The position numbers were made by a program, and so were the translations under genes. 64,000 nt of DNA from Ignavibacteriota bacterium (GTDB taxonomy: Bacteria; Bacteroidota; Ignavibacteria; UBA10030): the NCBI GenBank assembly GCA_963701295.1, contig OY969585.1:1536001-1600000 (forward strand), written 5' to 3'. Below the pieces are notes generated by a model. The model searched no databases. It was not told the origin of the DNA and saw only the letters and a list, made by a program, of their open reading frames with translations. This document shows positions 44,220 through 53,035 of the stretch, piece by piece (positions within the stretch are counted from its first letter, which is position 1; each line of letters starts with the position of its first letter).

Positions 44220-45062
44220 TTATTTTATCATTAACATTTTTATAGTACTTGAATAATTAGCAGAACTCATTTTACAGATATAAACACCGCTTGCTAATCT
44301 GCTTCCATCTAATGTTGCTTCATAGCTTCCGGCTTTTTTATTCTCATTTACGAGAGAAGCTACTTCTCTTCCTAAAACATCAAAAACTTTCAGAGTAACA
44401 AAACCATCAATCGGGAGGTTATATACAATTTTTGTTTGCGGATTAAATGGATTTGGAAAGTTATGCTTTAATGCAAAGTTTGCCGGTGCTTCTATAGTTA
44501 CTTCAACAACATTGCTGTATTCGAACTTGCCGTCAAGGTTTATCTGTTTTAAACGGTACTGGAATTTTGTTCCTTCTTGTGGTGTATCTTTGAATGAATA
44601 CGTTTTTGGACTGTTGCTGTTTCCATGTCCTTGAACAAAACCAATCTTCTCCCACACACCCCTGCCTTCGGCTTCCCCTCTCGAGAGGGGATTAAGGGGT
44701 GTGCTTCTTTCTATCTCAAACCCGTAATTGTTCACTTCAGTGGCAGTATACCAAGATAACGTAATTGTTTTCTGATCTACCGTTGCAATGAAACTCACAA
44801 GTTCAACCGGTAATAATGATCCGCCGTTGCTTGCACCAAATGTAATGTTCGAAATGGTTGACATTCCATCAGTTGTTACATCAGAACTAGCTAGTTGGAA
44901 AATAATATCAGTTCCATTAAAAGTGATTTTTGTTAATCCTGAGATGTCAATTGTTTTCTTGGAGCTATTAGTATAAAGAACATTAAGATAGGTTTGAGAA
45001 TAGAGTTGAACTGAAAAGAAAAACATAAATAAGATATTTAAAGCATTAATAGAATGTTTCAT
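44220..45062 (-). CDS. T9SS type A sorting-domain protein with two N-terminal ~26-aa repeats
   Basis: Signal peptide; LPVELVSF...ATEVNNYGFEIER...Y RLKQINLDG; CTD NFPNPFNPQTKI...LASGVY...KMLMIK. Confidence 0.88.
   Translation of the reverse strand: MKHSINALNILFMFFFSVQLYSQTYLNVLYTNSSKKTIDISGLTKITFNGTDIIFQLASSDVTTDGMSTISNITFGASNGGSLLPVELVSFIATVDQKTITLSWYTATEVNNYGFEIERSTPLNPLSRGEAEGRGVWEKIGFVQGHGNSNSPKTYSFKDTPQEGTKFQYRLKQINLDGKFEYSNVVEVTIEAPANFALKHNFPNPFNPQTKIVYNLPIDGFVTLKVFDVLGREVASLVNENKKAGSYEATLDGSRLASGVYICKMSSANYSSTIKMLMIK
44655..44703. repeat. Palindromic (REP/RPE-like) element inserted in-frame in the T9SS gene
   Basis: Outer CACACCCCT/AGGGGTGTG, inner GCC-TTC-GGC and perfect 18-bp palindrome TCCCCTCTCGAGAGGGGA. 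Confidence 0.7.
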
Positions 45063-45090
45063 TATTCCTCCTTTTGAATATTGGAATCAC

Positions 45091-45196
45091 CTCGTTACCA
45101 ATGTCCTCGTTGGTAACGCAACAAGAAAGAAGCTCTGCTTCATCAGCAATGAAACGGAGTTTCATAATAGTCCGTTACAAAGCAAGAGCTTTGTAA
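45091..45196. repeat. Four-hairpin REP-like element
   Basis: CGTTACCAA/TTGGTAACG, GAAGC/GCTTC, ATGAAAC/GTTTCAT, TTACAAAGC/GCTTTGTAA. Confidence 0.6.
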
Positions 45197-45232
45197 TATT
45201 ATACAAAAGAAAAAGTGCAAAAGAGCAAAGGA

Positions 45233-46348
45233 TTATCTCTTCTGGAGAACATGAAACCCGAGGCAGTTGTAGCGAGCGCCCGGACCGTATCCGCCGCGGT
45301 AGAACACGCGACAGTCATCATTGACGTTGAGCCAGGAGCAACCGCGACCCACACCTGATGTGCCGCACCACTCCCACACATTACCAGACATATCAAAAAT
45401 TCCCAATTCATTCGCTCTCTTTGCGCCTACTTCGTGTGTTTTTTTACCGGAGTTACCATCATACCACGCAACTTTATCAATTATGTTGCTGCCACTGTAT
45501 TCATATCATTTGGAATTTTCTCCACCTCGGACAGCGTATTCCCATTCATTTTCTTCCGGTAGGCGAACGGTTGTTCCTGTTTCTTTGCTCAACCAATTGC
45601 AAAAAGCGACAGCATCGGCAACATTCACGTTGATAACCGGCTGTTTTCCTCTACCAAAATCTGCACTGAGCTTATCGTATCCTGTCGCTTCGCAAAACTT
45701 ATCATACTGATCGAAGGTAATCTCCGTTGCAGATATATAAAAATCTCCTCCCGTTTTGCCTTTTACTAAAATCCAAGTGATTAAAGATTGCTTATCACGC
45801 TCTATACGAAGAAGAGATAATTTCATCTCAAGTTGAGTGATTTTATCCTGCTCCTGTGTAATCATTTCAGGTTCGCCATAAACATAAATTGGGACATTAC
45901 CGCCAAATGCGTTTTGACCATAGGTTTTTCCAATAAAGTGATGGAAAGTGGGACCATTGCCACCGTAATTATTGGCTGTAACACTTTTCAAGCTATAGTT
46001 TTTGACTTGTAGATTTGCTTTTCCTGAAACAAATGCTCCGAAATCATTAATTCTATTCTGGTCATGCGAGCCATCTATATTGACGGGGTAGGCATTTCCA
46101 TAAACAAGTATCTGATTTTCATCACGATCAACAATTTCGCCCATAATCCAAAAACGAGGGTACTTTAAATTTAGGGATAATATTAATGACTTAGAATTCT
46201 CAATTTTCGTTTCGATGTCCGAAATTCACTGTTCAATGGTACGAGTGTGTGAAGGTGTTTTCTTTTTTTCTTGAGCGTCTATCACATGGGAAGAAAAAAT
46301 GATTGCAAAGATAATTAAGGGAAGAATTGAACAGGAATGTTTCATCAT
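45233..46348 (-). pseudogene. Secreted FGE-sulfatase (C-type-lectin-fold) protein with two in-frame TGA stops; probable DGR-type target
   Basis: One frame from ATG 46348/46345 (MKHSCSILPLIIFAIIF...) through TGA 46226-46228 and TGA 45506-45508 to TAA 45233. It contains RLPEENEWEYAVRGG, NELGIFDMSGNVWEWC and RGCSW...LGFH. Confidence 0.85.
45254..45346 (-). repeat. Putative DGR variable repeat in the FGE gene
   Basis: 19 of 31 codons end in C and 26 in C/T (hand count); GC-rich block in an AT-rich gene. Confidence 0.6.
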
Positions 46349-46486
46349 TCAAATTCCTTTCGAAATGACGGCTCCGCCAGAAAACGGCGAACGCATAAAA
46401 TGCGAAAGCATTGCAGATTATCAATTTATGACATCACTAACCTTTGATGTTTTTTAAGGAGGAATCGTTTCATGGAAAAATCTCTC

Positions 46487-47395
46487 TCAAGCTAAATGTT
46501 CTTTAAAAAATGAAGCTACGGAATCTTTATATGCAGCACCGCCAACTTCCCATACATCATTGTGGCCTGCATTGTCGATAAGGAGAAGCCGTTTAGGTCT
46601 ATTGGCTGCGTCATAAAGCAACTTGGAGTAATCAGATTTGATAAATGAGTCATTCTTCCCATGAACAATGAGGATAGGTACATGTACGCGTTTGATGTCT
46701 TCCAGCGGCGAGACAAGTCTCGCTTTGAAGTTTGCTATTTTCTGGGATTGGACGAGCGCGATATTCCGTAAAAAATGCCAGGGCAATTTGATAATACGCT
46801 TTTGGTAATCCACGAAGACAATGCGTAATGACGTATAACTGCATTCGGAAACGACGGCAGATATACGAGAATCAATTGCAGCTGCCTGAATCGCAACAGC
46901 TCCGCCCATTGATGTGCCGAAGAGACCGATCTTTCCAATTTCTCTATCTTTTCTTGACCGGAGATATCTGCTCACTGCCGAGACATCATACTTCTCATAA
47001 AATCCGTAGGTGCAATAAGAACCTTCGCTTTCGCCATGCTGTCGTGAATCGTAGAGAAAAATATTGAATCCCTCGTCATAGAGAGATTGCGCGAATGACA
47101 GACCGGCAATTTTACAATCGCCAACCCCATGCAAATAAATTATTGTACCGCGAGTTTTCTTCTTTTGCGGGATGAACCAGCAGCTCAGCTTCCATCCGTC
47201 AAACGTCTCAAGTGTAATATTCTCATTCGGAAGCCCGGCATCCTTTGGTTCAAGAAGAGGGGTAAATTGAGCGTACCATTCCTTCTTCCGTCGAACCGGT
47301 TTGAGTAAAATCAACGGACCTGCGACAAGCAGCACAAACGCCGCCTGAATCAGGAAAAGAACAGAGATAATAAGAAGGTTGAGAAAGATTTCCAT
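46487..47395 (-). CDS. Alpha/beta hydrolase with N-terminal TM anchor
   Basis: YLHG, HGESEG, GTSMGG, HGKND, GHND. Confidence 0.9.
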   Translation of the reverse strand: MEIFLNLLIISVLFLIQAAFVLLVAGPLILLKPVRRKKEWYAQFTPLLEPKDAGLPNENITLETFDGWKLSCWFIPQKKKTRGTIIYLHGVGDCKIAGLSFAQSLYDEGFNIFLYDSRQHGESEGSYCTYGFYEKYDVSAVSRYLRSRKDREIGKIGLFGTSMGGAVAIQAAAIDSRISAVVSECSYTSLRIVFVDYQKRIIKLPWHFLRNIALVQSQKIANFKARLVSPLEDIKRVHVPILIVHGKNDSFIKSDYSKLLYDAANRPKRLLLIDNAGHNDVWEVGGAAYKDSVASFFKEHLA

Positions 47396-47542
47396 GGAAA
47401 ATCTATCGTAATCTGTTCCTCAAAATGACCGGAATTACTCCACTGTATCAATATATCAAGGCAGATCGATGGATGCAAGTTATGCGATGAAGCGATGGGT
47501 CCTTGAATGAAGTCTGAGGAGTCATTATCTTTAAGCAAAGCC

Positions 47543-47571
47543 CCAACCTTTTCCACAGATCAAAGGTCTAA
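47543..47571 (+). promoter_or_regulatory. Putative autoregulatory ECF promoter
   Basis: CCAACCT-N17-TCTAA upstream of the ECF gene. Confidence 0.4.
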
Positions 47572-47605
47572 TTTCATGTCTGACAAACAAAGGAATTCCG
47601 AATGT

Positions 47606-48184
47606 ATGACCGGCAATGAAACCGAGTTGATTATGCAAGCCCAGCAGGGCAATGTGAATGCATTTGAGCAGCTTGTTCATCGGCATGATAAACGAGTTCT
47701 CACAATCGCGGCAGGGTATGTGCACAGCGCCGACGACGCAAAAGATATCTATCAGGAAGTATTCCTCCGGGTATATAAAGGTCTGCCGAAATTTCAATAT
47801 AAGAGCGAATTTTCTACTTGGATTTATCGGATAACGACAAATGTGTGTTTAAGTCATCGATCGCGCAGAAACAGAAATTCGAATACGTCACTCGATCAGA
47901 GTATGGATGATGAAGACGGTCAACCGCATGCATTGAAAGATACGCTCTCCGATACTGCTGTTGCTGGTCAGCAGACATATGATGCGGAGATAGCTTTGCG
48001 TGTGGAACAAGCACTGAAAACGCTATCACCACGCCAGCGGATTGTTTTTACATTGAAGCATTATGATGGCTATAAGTTAAGAGAGATTGCAGAAATGATG
48101 AAATGCAATGAAGGAACTGTGAAGAAGTATCTCTTCGAAGCAACGGCACGTTTGCGAAAGCAACTGAAAGATTTAGCACGTTGA
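47606..48184 (+). CDS. ECF RNA polymerase sigma factor
   Basis: DAKDIYQEVFLRVY, FSTWIYRITTN, LREIAEMM...GTVK; start uncertain (47576 or 47606). Confidence 0.92.
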   Translation: MTGNETELIMQAQQGNVNAFEQLVHRHDKRVLTIAAGYVHSADDAKDIYQEVFLRVYKGLPKFQYKSEFSTWIYRITTNVCLSHRSRRNRNSNTSLDQSMDDEDGQPHALKDTLSDTAVAGQQTYDAEIALRVEQALKTLSPRQRIVFTLKHYDGYKLREIAEMMKCNEGTVKKYLFEATARLRKQLKDLAR

Positions 48185-48206
48185 AGAAAAAAGTGAGGAA
48201 CGATCT

Positions 48207-49169
48207 ATGAAGCACAAACAGTTTGAAGAATGGCTCCAGCTTTCCTTGTATTATGAATTAAGCGAACAGGAACGAGTTTTTCTGGATAACCATCTTACAA
48301 CATGCGAGCGATGTCGTAGTGATCTCGAAGAATTGAAAAAACTCCATGGTACGTTAGCACATCGTCAATCGGTCGCAGTACAAGAGTCCTTGCTTCAGGA
48401 TGCACGAAGAAATCTACAATTACAAATTCATGCTGGAGCAATACGGAAATCATTCTGGGGCGGAGTGAAAGATGTACTCGATGGAATTCTTATTCCATCA
48501 GTTCCAGTGGCATTGGGTGGAGTCGTGATGATTGCAATTGGAATTCTTGTTGGATATTTCGTCTACAAATCACCTTCAGAAAAATCCTTGACAACAAAAC
48601 AGGCTGCGGCGATAGAAGCCGGAGAGTCTCAAATTACGAATATCCGTTTCCTTGATCGCGATGCACAAACAGGAGATGTTGAGTTTACATTTGAAACAAT
48701 CACGCCAGTGCATATACGCGGCAATATAAATGAGGAGCATGTGCAAAAAGTACTTGCACGAGCACTCGTGAGCGATCAAAATGCTGGCACGCGACTCCGT
48801 GCTGTGAATATGATTGGTACACAAACCGGGCAAAAACAGAACCACGTTCCTGAATTTGATGCAGAAGTAAAATCCGCTCTCGTTACAGCGCTTTTACATG
48901 ATCGAAATCTTGGAGTACGGAAGGAAGCACTCAATGTGCTCAGAAATTATTTACCGGATCCGGTCATTGTTCGCGCATTTCTTCAAGTATTATCGAGTGA
49001 AAAGAACACCGGCTTGAAGATTGCAGCGATTAATTCGTTAGACTTGTCTCAATATGAAAACCAACCGGTGAATAAGGAAATTCTTGAAATGTTCAAGAAT
49101 AAAGCTCAATCAGACGATAATAGCTATATCAGAATCAAAGCAAAGACAGCTTTGCAGGAGGTGCAATAA
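48207..49169 (+). CDS. Anti-sigma factor (zf-HC2 + TM + HEAT repeats)
   Basis: HLTTCERC, one TM, DQNAGTRLRAV and DRNLGVRKEAL HEAT-like repeats. Confidence 0.82.
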   Translation: MKHKQFEEWLQLSLYYELSEQERVFLDNHLTTCERCRSDLEELKKLHGTLAHRQSVAVQESLLQDARRNLQLQIHAGAIRKSFWGGVKDVLDGILIPSVPVALGGVVMIAIGILVGYFVYKSPSEKSLTTKQAAAIEAGESQITNIRFLDRDAQTGDVEFTFETITPVHIRGNINEEHVQKVLARALVSDQNAGTRLRAVNMIGTQTGQKQNHVPEFDAEVKSALVTALLHDRNLGVRKEALNVLRNYLPDPVIVRAFLQVLSSEKNTGLKIAAINSLDLSQYENQPVNKEILEMFKNKAQSDDNSYIRIKAKTALQEVQ

Positions 49170-50317
49170 TGAAAACTTATATGCGGATACTCATTGCCAC
49201 ACTTGTGGCATTGCTTGCAACGACGCTTGCGTTGGCAAGAGAAAATGGAAGTAGTTCGAAATCGTTTAGCGTCAGCAAAGGAGGGACGATAGAAATTTCC
49301 ACCAGTACGGGGGATATTCGTATTTCTCCGTGGGAGAAAAATGAAGTTTCTGTAGTGGTAGAGGGGTTAGACGATGAAGACCTTGACAAAGTAAAAATGA
49401 CTCAAAACGGGAATATTGTTCGTGTATCCTATCGATCACGGTGGGATGATGGTTCAGGACATGTTCGCTTTGTTATCTCTGTGCCGTCACAATTTAATTT
49501 AGACATGAACACATCCGGTGGTGACTTGGAAGTAAAAGGGGGACTAACTGGGAAGATCGATGGATCGACCTCTGGGGGTGATATCAAATTAGGAAATGTT
49601 TTTGGCGGTCCGGTAGAAGTGTCGACGTCCGGAGGCGATATTAGTACAGGAAAGATTGAAGGCGACGGAAGTTTGAAAACCGCCGGCGGAGATATCCAGG
49701 TTGGAAGTGTGAATGGGTCACTCTCAGTCAATACTTCCGGCGGGGATATCCAAGTGGAGACAATCACAAAATCTCTTGATGCGAAAACTGCTGGGGGCAG
49801 TATCAACATTGGTAATGTTGGCGGAGAAGTAAATGTCTCGACATCCGGCGGTGATATCAAGGTAGGCAAGGTTTGGGGCAAGGCAACACTCAACACGGCA
49901 GGCGGTGATATCGAATTAAAAGGAGCGAGCGGCAATGTGAGCGCAAAAACTTCCGGTGGAGATGTAAAGCTGCAGAACATCACCGGTTCGGTTAATGCAA
50001 AAACTTCCGGTGGCGAAGTGGAAGCAGAATTGATCCCCAGCGGAAAAGGCGGCAGTAAACTTTCATCATCGGGCGGAGATGTGCGGCTTTATATTGATGA
50101 AAATTCTAAAGCAACAATTGAAGCGACCATTCGTCTCGATGGATGGGGCTCGCGAAAAAGCCGATATATTGTAAAGTCGGAATTCCCCAAAGAATCGTAT
50201 GAAACTGACGAAGAAGCTGACGAAATTCGCGCCGTTTATAAATTAAACGGCGGCGGTGAGTTGATTGAACTGAGCACTTCAAATTCGAATATCGAGATTC
50301 ATAAGCTGCGGCATTAA
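49169..50317 (+). CDS. DUF4097 (beta-strand repeat) secreted protein 1
   Basis: Signal peptide; many TSGGDI/TAGGDI repeats. Confidence 0.85.
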   Translation: MKTYMRILIATLVALLATTLALARENGSSSKSFSVSKGGTIEISTSTGDIRISPWEKNEVSVVVEGLDDEDLDKVKMTQNGNIVRVSYRSRWDDGSGHVRFVISVPSQFNLDMNTSGGDLEVKGGLTGKIDGSTSGGDIKLGNVFGGPVEVSTSGGDISTGKIEGDGSLKTAGGDIQVGSVNGSLSVNTSGGDIQVETITKSLDAKTAGGSINIGNVGGEVNVSTSGGDIKVGKVWGKATLNTAGGDIELKGASGNVSAKTSGGDVKLQNITGSVNAKTSGGEVEAELIPSGKGGSKLSSSGGDVRLYIDENSKATIEATIRLDGWGSRKSRYIVKSEFPKESYETDEEADEIRAVYKLNGGGELIELSTSNSNIEIHKLRH

Positions 50318-50377
50318 TAAGACGTTGATCAATATAACGGAATGAATTATTCAAATAATATTTTAAGGAAGAGTCCA

Positions 50378-51478
50378 ATGAAAAAAATATTTGCATTCCT
50401 TTTGATGGGTTTCGTAATACCGTCTCTCTCGTTTGCTCAGAAGCAATCAGACGATGCATCTGATTACCAATCAAAATCCTTTTCTGTCCAGAAAGGCGGA
50501 TTGCTTACGGTCGATGTTGATCCGGGAGCGGTGCGTATTGGGACGTGGGCTAAAGACGAAGTTTTTATTGAAGCGGAGGGAATAGATGAACGTCATCCTG
50601 ATCGCCTTGTGATGAATCAATCCGGAAATAATGTTACGGTGGAATATAAGGACAAACGTTCTCATTCTGACCATCTAAAATTCAGTGTTAAGGTTCCATC
50701 GAATTTTAATGTTGTCGTACAAACTTCCGGCGGAAGTATAAAACAAAAAGATGTGCTTACCGGCGATTTCCAAGCGGAAACGAAGGGAGGCAGTATCGAG
50801 ATAGATCATATCATCGGCAAGGTTGATGTCGAAACCGGAGGCGGCAGTATTAAAGCGGATATAGTTGAAGGCGACGCCGCAATGAAAACCGGCGGAGGAA
50901 GTATTGAAGCAGGAGTTATCAAAGGGACATTGCATGCGAAAACCGGAGGCGGTAGTATTACATTACGGGAAACCGGCGGCAAAGTGAATGCATCAACGGG
51001 CGGCGGAAGCATCAAGGCAGAAAATGCAAGCGCCTGGATTGATCTTTCCACCGGCGGCGGCAGTGTGCATGTGCGTGGAGCGAAGTATGGAGCGAAAATA
51101 AAAACAGGCGGTGGCAGCATTGAAATGGAAGATATTGTAGGACTTGTAGATGTATCGACAGGAGGAGGAAGTATTAATTGTGAACTAACTCCAGGCAGCA
51201 CTGGAAATAGTACGATCAGCACCGGCGGAGGAGAGATTCAACTCTCCTTACCTGAGAACGCAAAAGCTGTTATTGAAGCCACTATCAACGTGGGAAATGG
51301 ATGGGGTCGGCATCACAAGAAATGCGCGATCCATTCCGATTTCAAAGCAGATACTTACGAAGGTGATGATAAAAGCGATGAGATTCATGCTGTCTATACT
51401 TTAAACGGCGGCGGACAAAAGATTACGCTTGAGACTTCGAATAGCGACATTGAAATCCAGAAGATGTCTGCTAAATAG
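50378..51478 (+). CDS. DUF4097 (beta-strand repeat) secreted protein 2
   Basis: Signal peptide from ATG 50378; TGGGSI repeats; C-terminus paralogous to the previous gene. Confidence 0.85.
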   Translation: MKKIFAFLLMGFVIPSLSFAQKQSDDASDYQSKSFSVQKGGLLTVDVDPGAVRIGTWAKDEVFIEAEGIDERHPDRLVMNQSGNNVTVEYKDKRSHSDHLKFSVKVPSNFNVVVQTSGGSIKQKDVLTGDFQAETKGGSIEIDHIIGKVDVETGGGSIKADIVEGDAAMKTGGGSIEAGVIKGTLHAKTGGGSITLRETGGKVNASTGGGSIKAENASAWIDLSTGGGSVHVRGAKYGAKIKTGGGSIEMEDIVGLVDVSTGGGSINCELTPGSTGNSTISTGGGEIQLSLPENAKAVIEATINVGNGWGRHHKKCAIHSDFKADTYEGDDKSDEIHAVYTLNGGGQKITLETSNSDIEIQKMSAK

Positions 51479-51506
51479 TCATGTGAATGTCTGCAAAAGT
51501 TTAGCC

Positions 51507-51562
51507 ATAGCCGTCATCTGCCAAAGGCATGCCTTCGGCATTTGATGACGGCTATTTTTTTT
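51507..51562 (+). terminator. Rho-independent terminator with two mini-hairpins in the loop
   Basis: ATAGCCGTCATC/GATGACGGCTAT 12-bp stem enclosing TGCCAAAGGCA and TGCCTTCGGCA; T8 tail. Confidence 0.8.
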
Positions 51563-51657
51563 CTATCACTATGTTCTTCTTCAAGGATTGAATTCAATAG
51601 TAGTCATAGCGGACATGTTTGAAATTTGTCTTGATCCGTTGAATAGCTTCCTTCCCC

Positions 51658-51685
51658 TTTAACCTTTATCTTCTTGTGTCGTATC
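51658..51685 (+). promoter_or_regulatory. Putative ECF promoter for the second ECF operon
   Basis: AAC-N16-CGTA (51661-51683), 27 nt upstream of ATG 51711. Confidence 0.5.
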
Positions 51686-51710
51686 ATTGCAAGAACAAAG
51701 ACACCTACGA

Positions 51711-52289
51711 ATGCAGAATAGTAAACCAGTTGATGCACTTGCGAAACTTATTGAAGATGCCCAAAAAGGTGATATAATGGCATTTGAAAAAATCGTCAAA
51801 TGTCATCAATCATATGCATACGCTATTGCCTTCAGGTTCTTTTGCGATGAAGATGACGCAGAGGATGTTGTTCAGGAAAGTTTTATCAGAATATAGAATC
51901 ATTTAAAAGATTTCGATTCGAGAATGAAATTTACAACATGGATGTACAAGATCGTTGTCAATCTTTGCTATGACAAAGCTAAGTCCAACAAGAGAAGAAC
52001 GAGTGTGTTTGCGAGATTGAATGACGATTCCTCTAAAGACGACTGTATCGAAAATACCGATATAGAACAGGATTTGACCAATAAAGAAACAGCGGCGTTG
52101 ATCAAACGTATTGCCGATGAATTATCCGAAAAGCAGCGAATGATTTTTCTGCTGAGAGATTTGCAGGACCTGACCATTGAAGAAGTTACCGAGATTACAG
52201 GTATGTCTGAATCGGCGATAAAAACAAACCTGTTTTACGCAAGACAAAACATCAAAAAGAAATTAGCGAAGTTAGAGGTAAGCGTATGA
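51711..52289 (+). pseudogene. ECF sigma factor interrupted by an in-frame TAG
   Basis: DAEDVVQESFIRI*NHLKDFDSRMKFTTW; TAG at 51894-51896 where Trp (TGG) is usual; both halves in one frame. Confidence 0.85.
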
Positions 52290-53035
52290 CGTGCAAAGAA
52301 CTACAACGGCTTCTTTACTCGGCAAGAATCGAAGACTTCGATCCGGCTGAAAGAGAATTCTTAAAGAAGCATCTTGCTGATTGCGAAACGTGCAAAACGA
52401 TCTTTCAGGAAGTATCGAAAGCTGATCGGATACTTGCCCGCATCAAGGAGGCAGCACCCCGCATCCGAAACGAGCACGCGTTGACAGAATTCATTATCGA
52501 TGCAATTGTTAGCGGCGAGAGACCAACGGCAGATGTTGGCACAAATACCTTCCTCGATAGTCTGATGAACATATTCAGCATGAAAGCAGTCCGATTGACT
52601 TGTAGTATCATGATCCTCTTGTGTGGAATGACGTATTTATTTATGGAATACAGTGACATGAAAGAAATAGTGAGCCTGGAACAAAGATTAGGTATACAAC
52701 ATGATTTCAGCCGGGCAAGCATAGTTCTACCCGGGGTCAATGTTCCAGGTTTCCTCTATGATTTTTACGAATTGTCTGATGGGAGTCGGAATTATATAGA
52801 GCTGACTAATAAACTTATTCTTATGAAGAAGGAGGATTTGCAGACTTTGTTAAAGGATTATAAGACATTGGATGAATCCTCTCGCAAAAGATTGGATGAG
52901 ATGCAGAATCAATTTCTTGAAGATGAATATCTGAAACTTAGTTCTACGAATAAAAACCAAGAAATCAAAAAGCTTCAAAACGAAATCAAACGGCTGAAGA
53001 AAGAACTAGAACAAAGTAACCTTAAGGATAAATGA
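52286..53035 (+). CDS. Putative zf-HC2 anti-sigma factor with TM and coiled coil
   Basis: MTC...HLADCETC; TM segment; overlaps the sigma stop (ATGA). Confidence 0.75.
   Translation: MTCKELQRLLYSARIEDFDPAEREFLKKHLADCETCKTIFQEVSKADRILARIKEAAPRIRNEHALTEFIIDAIVSGERPTADVGTNTFLDSLMNIFSMKAVRLTCSIMILLCGMTYLFMEYSDMKEIVSLEQRLGIQHDFSRASIVLPGVNVPGFLYDFYELSDGSRNYIELTNKLILMKKEDLQTLLKDYKTLDESSRKRLDEMQNQFLEDEYLKLSSTNKNQEIKKLQNEIKRLKKELEQSNLKDK

Noticed and set aside
45199-45411. 70-aa ORF from the track as a separate gene (also 46233-46424)
   Set aside because: These are alternative-frame shadows of the interrupted FGE gene.
49400-51250. Regularly spaced GGCGG-rich repeats as a CRISPR or DNA repeat array
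   Set aside because: They are protein-level DUF4097 repeats with synonymous variation; the antisense Pro-rich ORFs are shadows of them.
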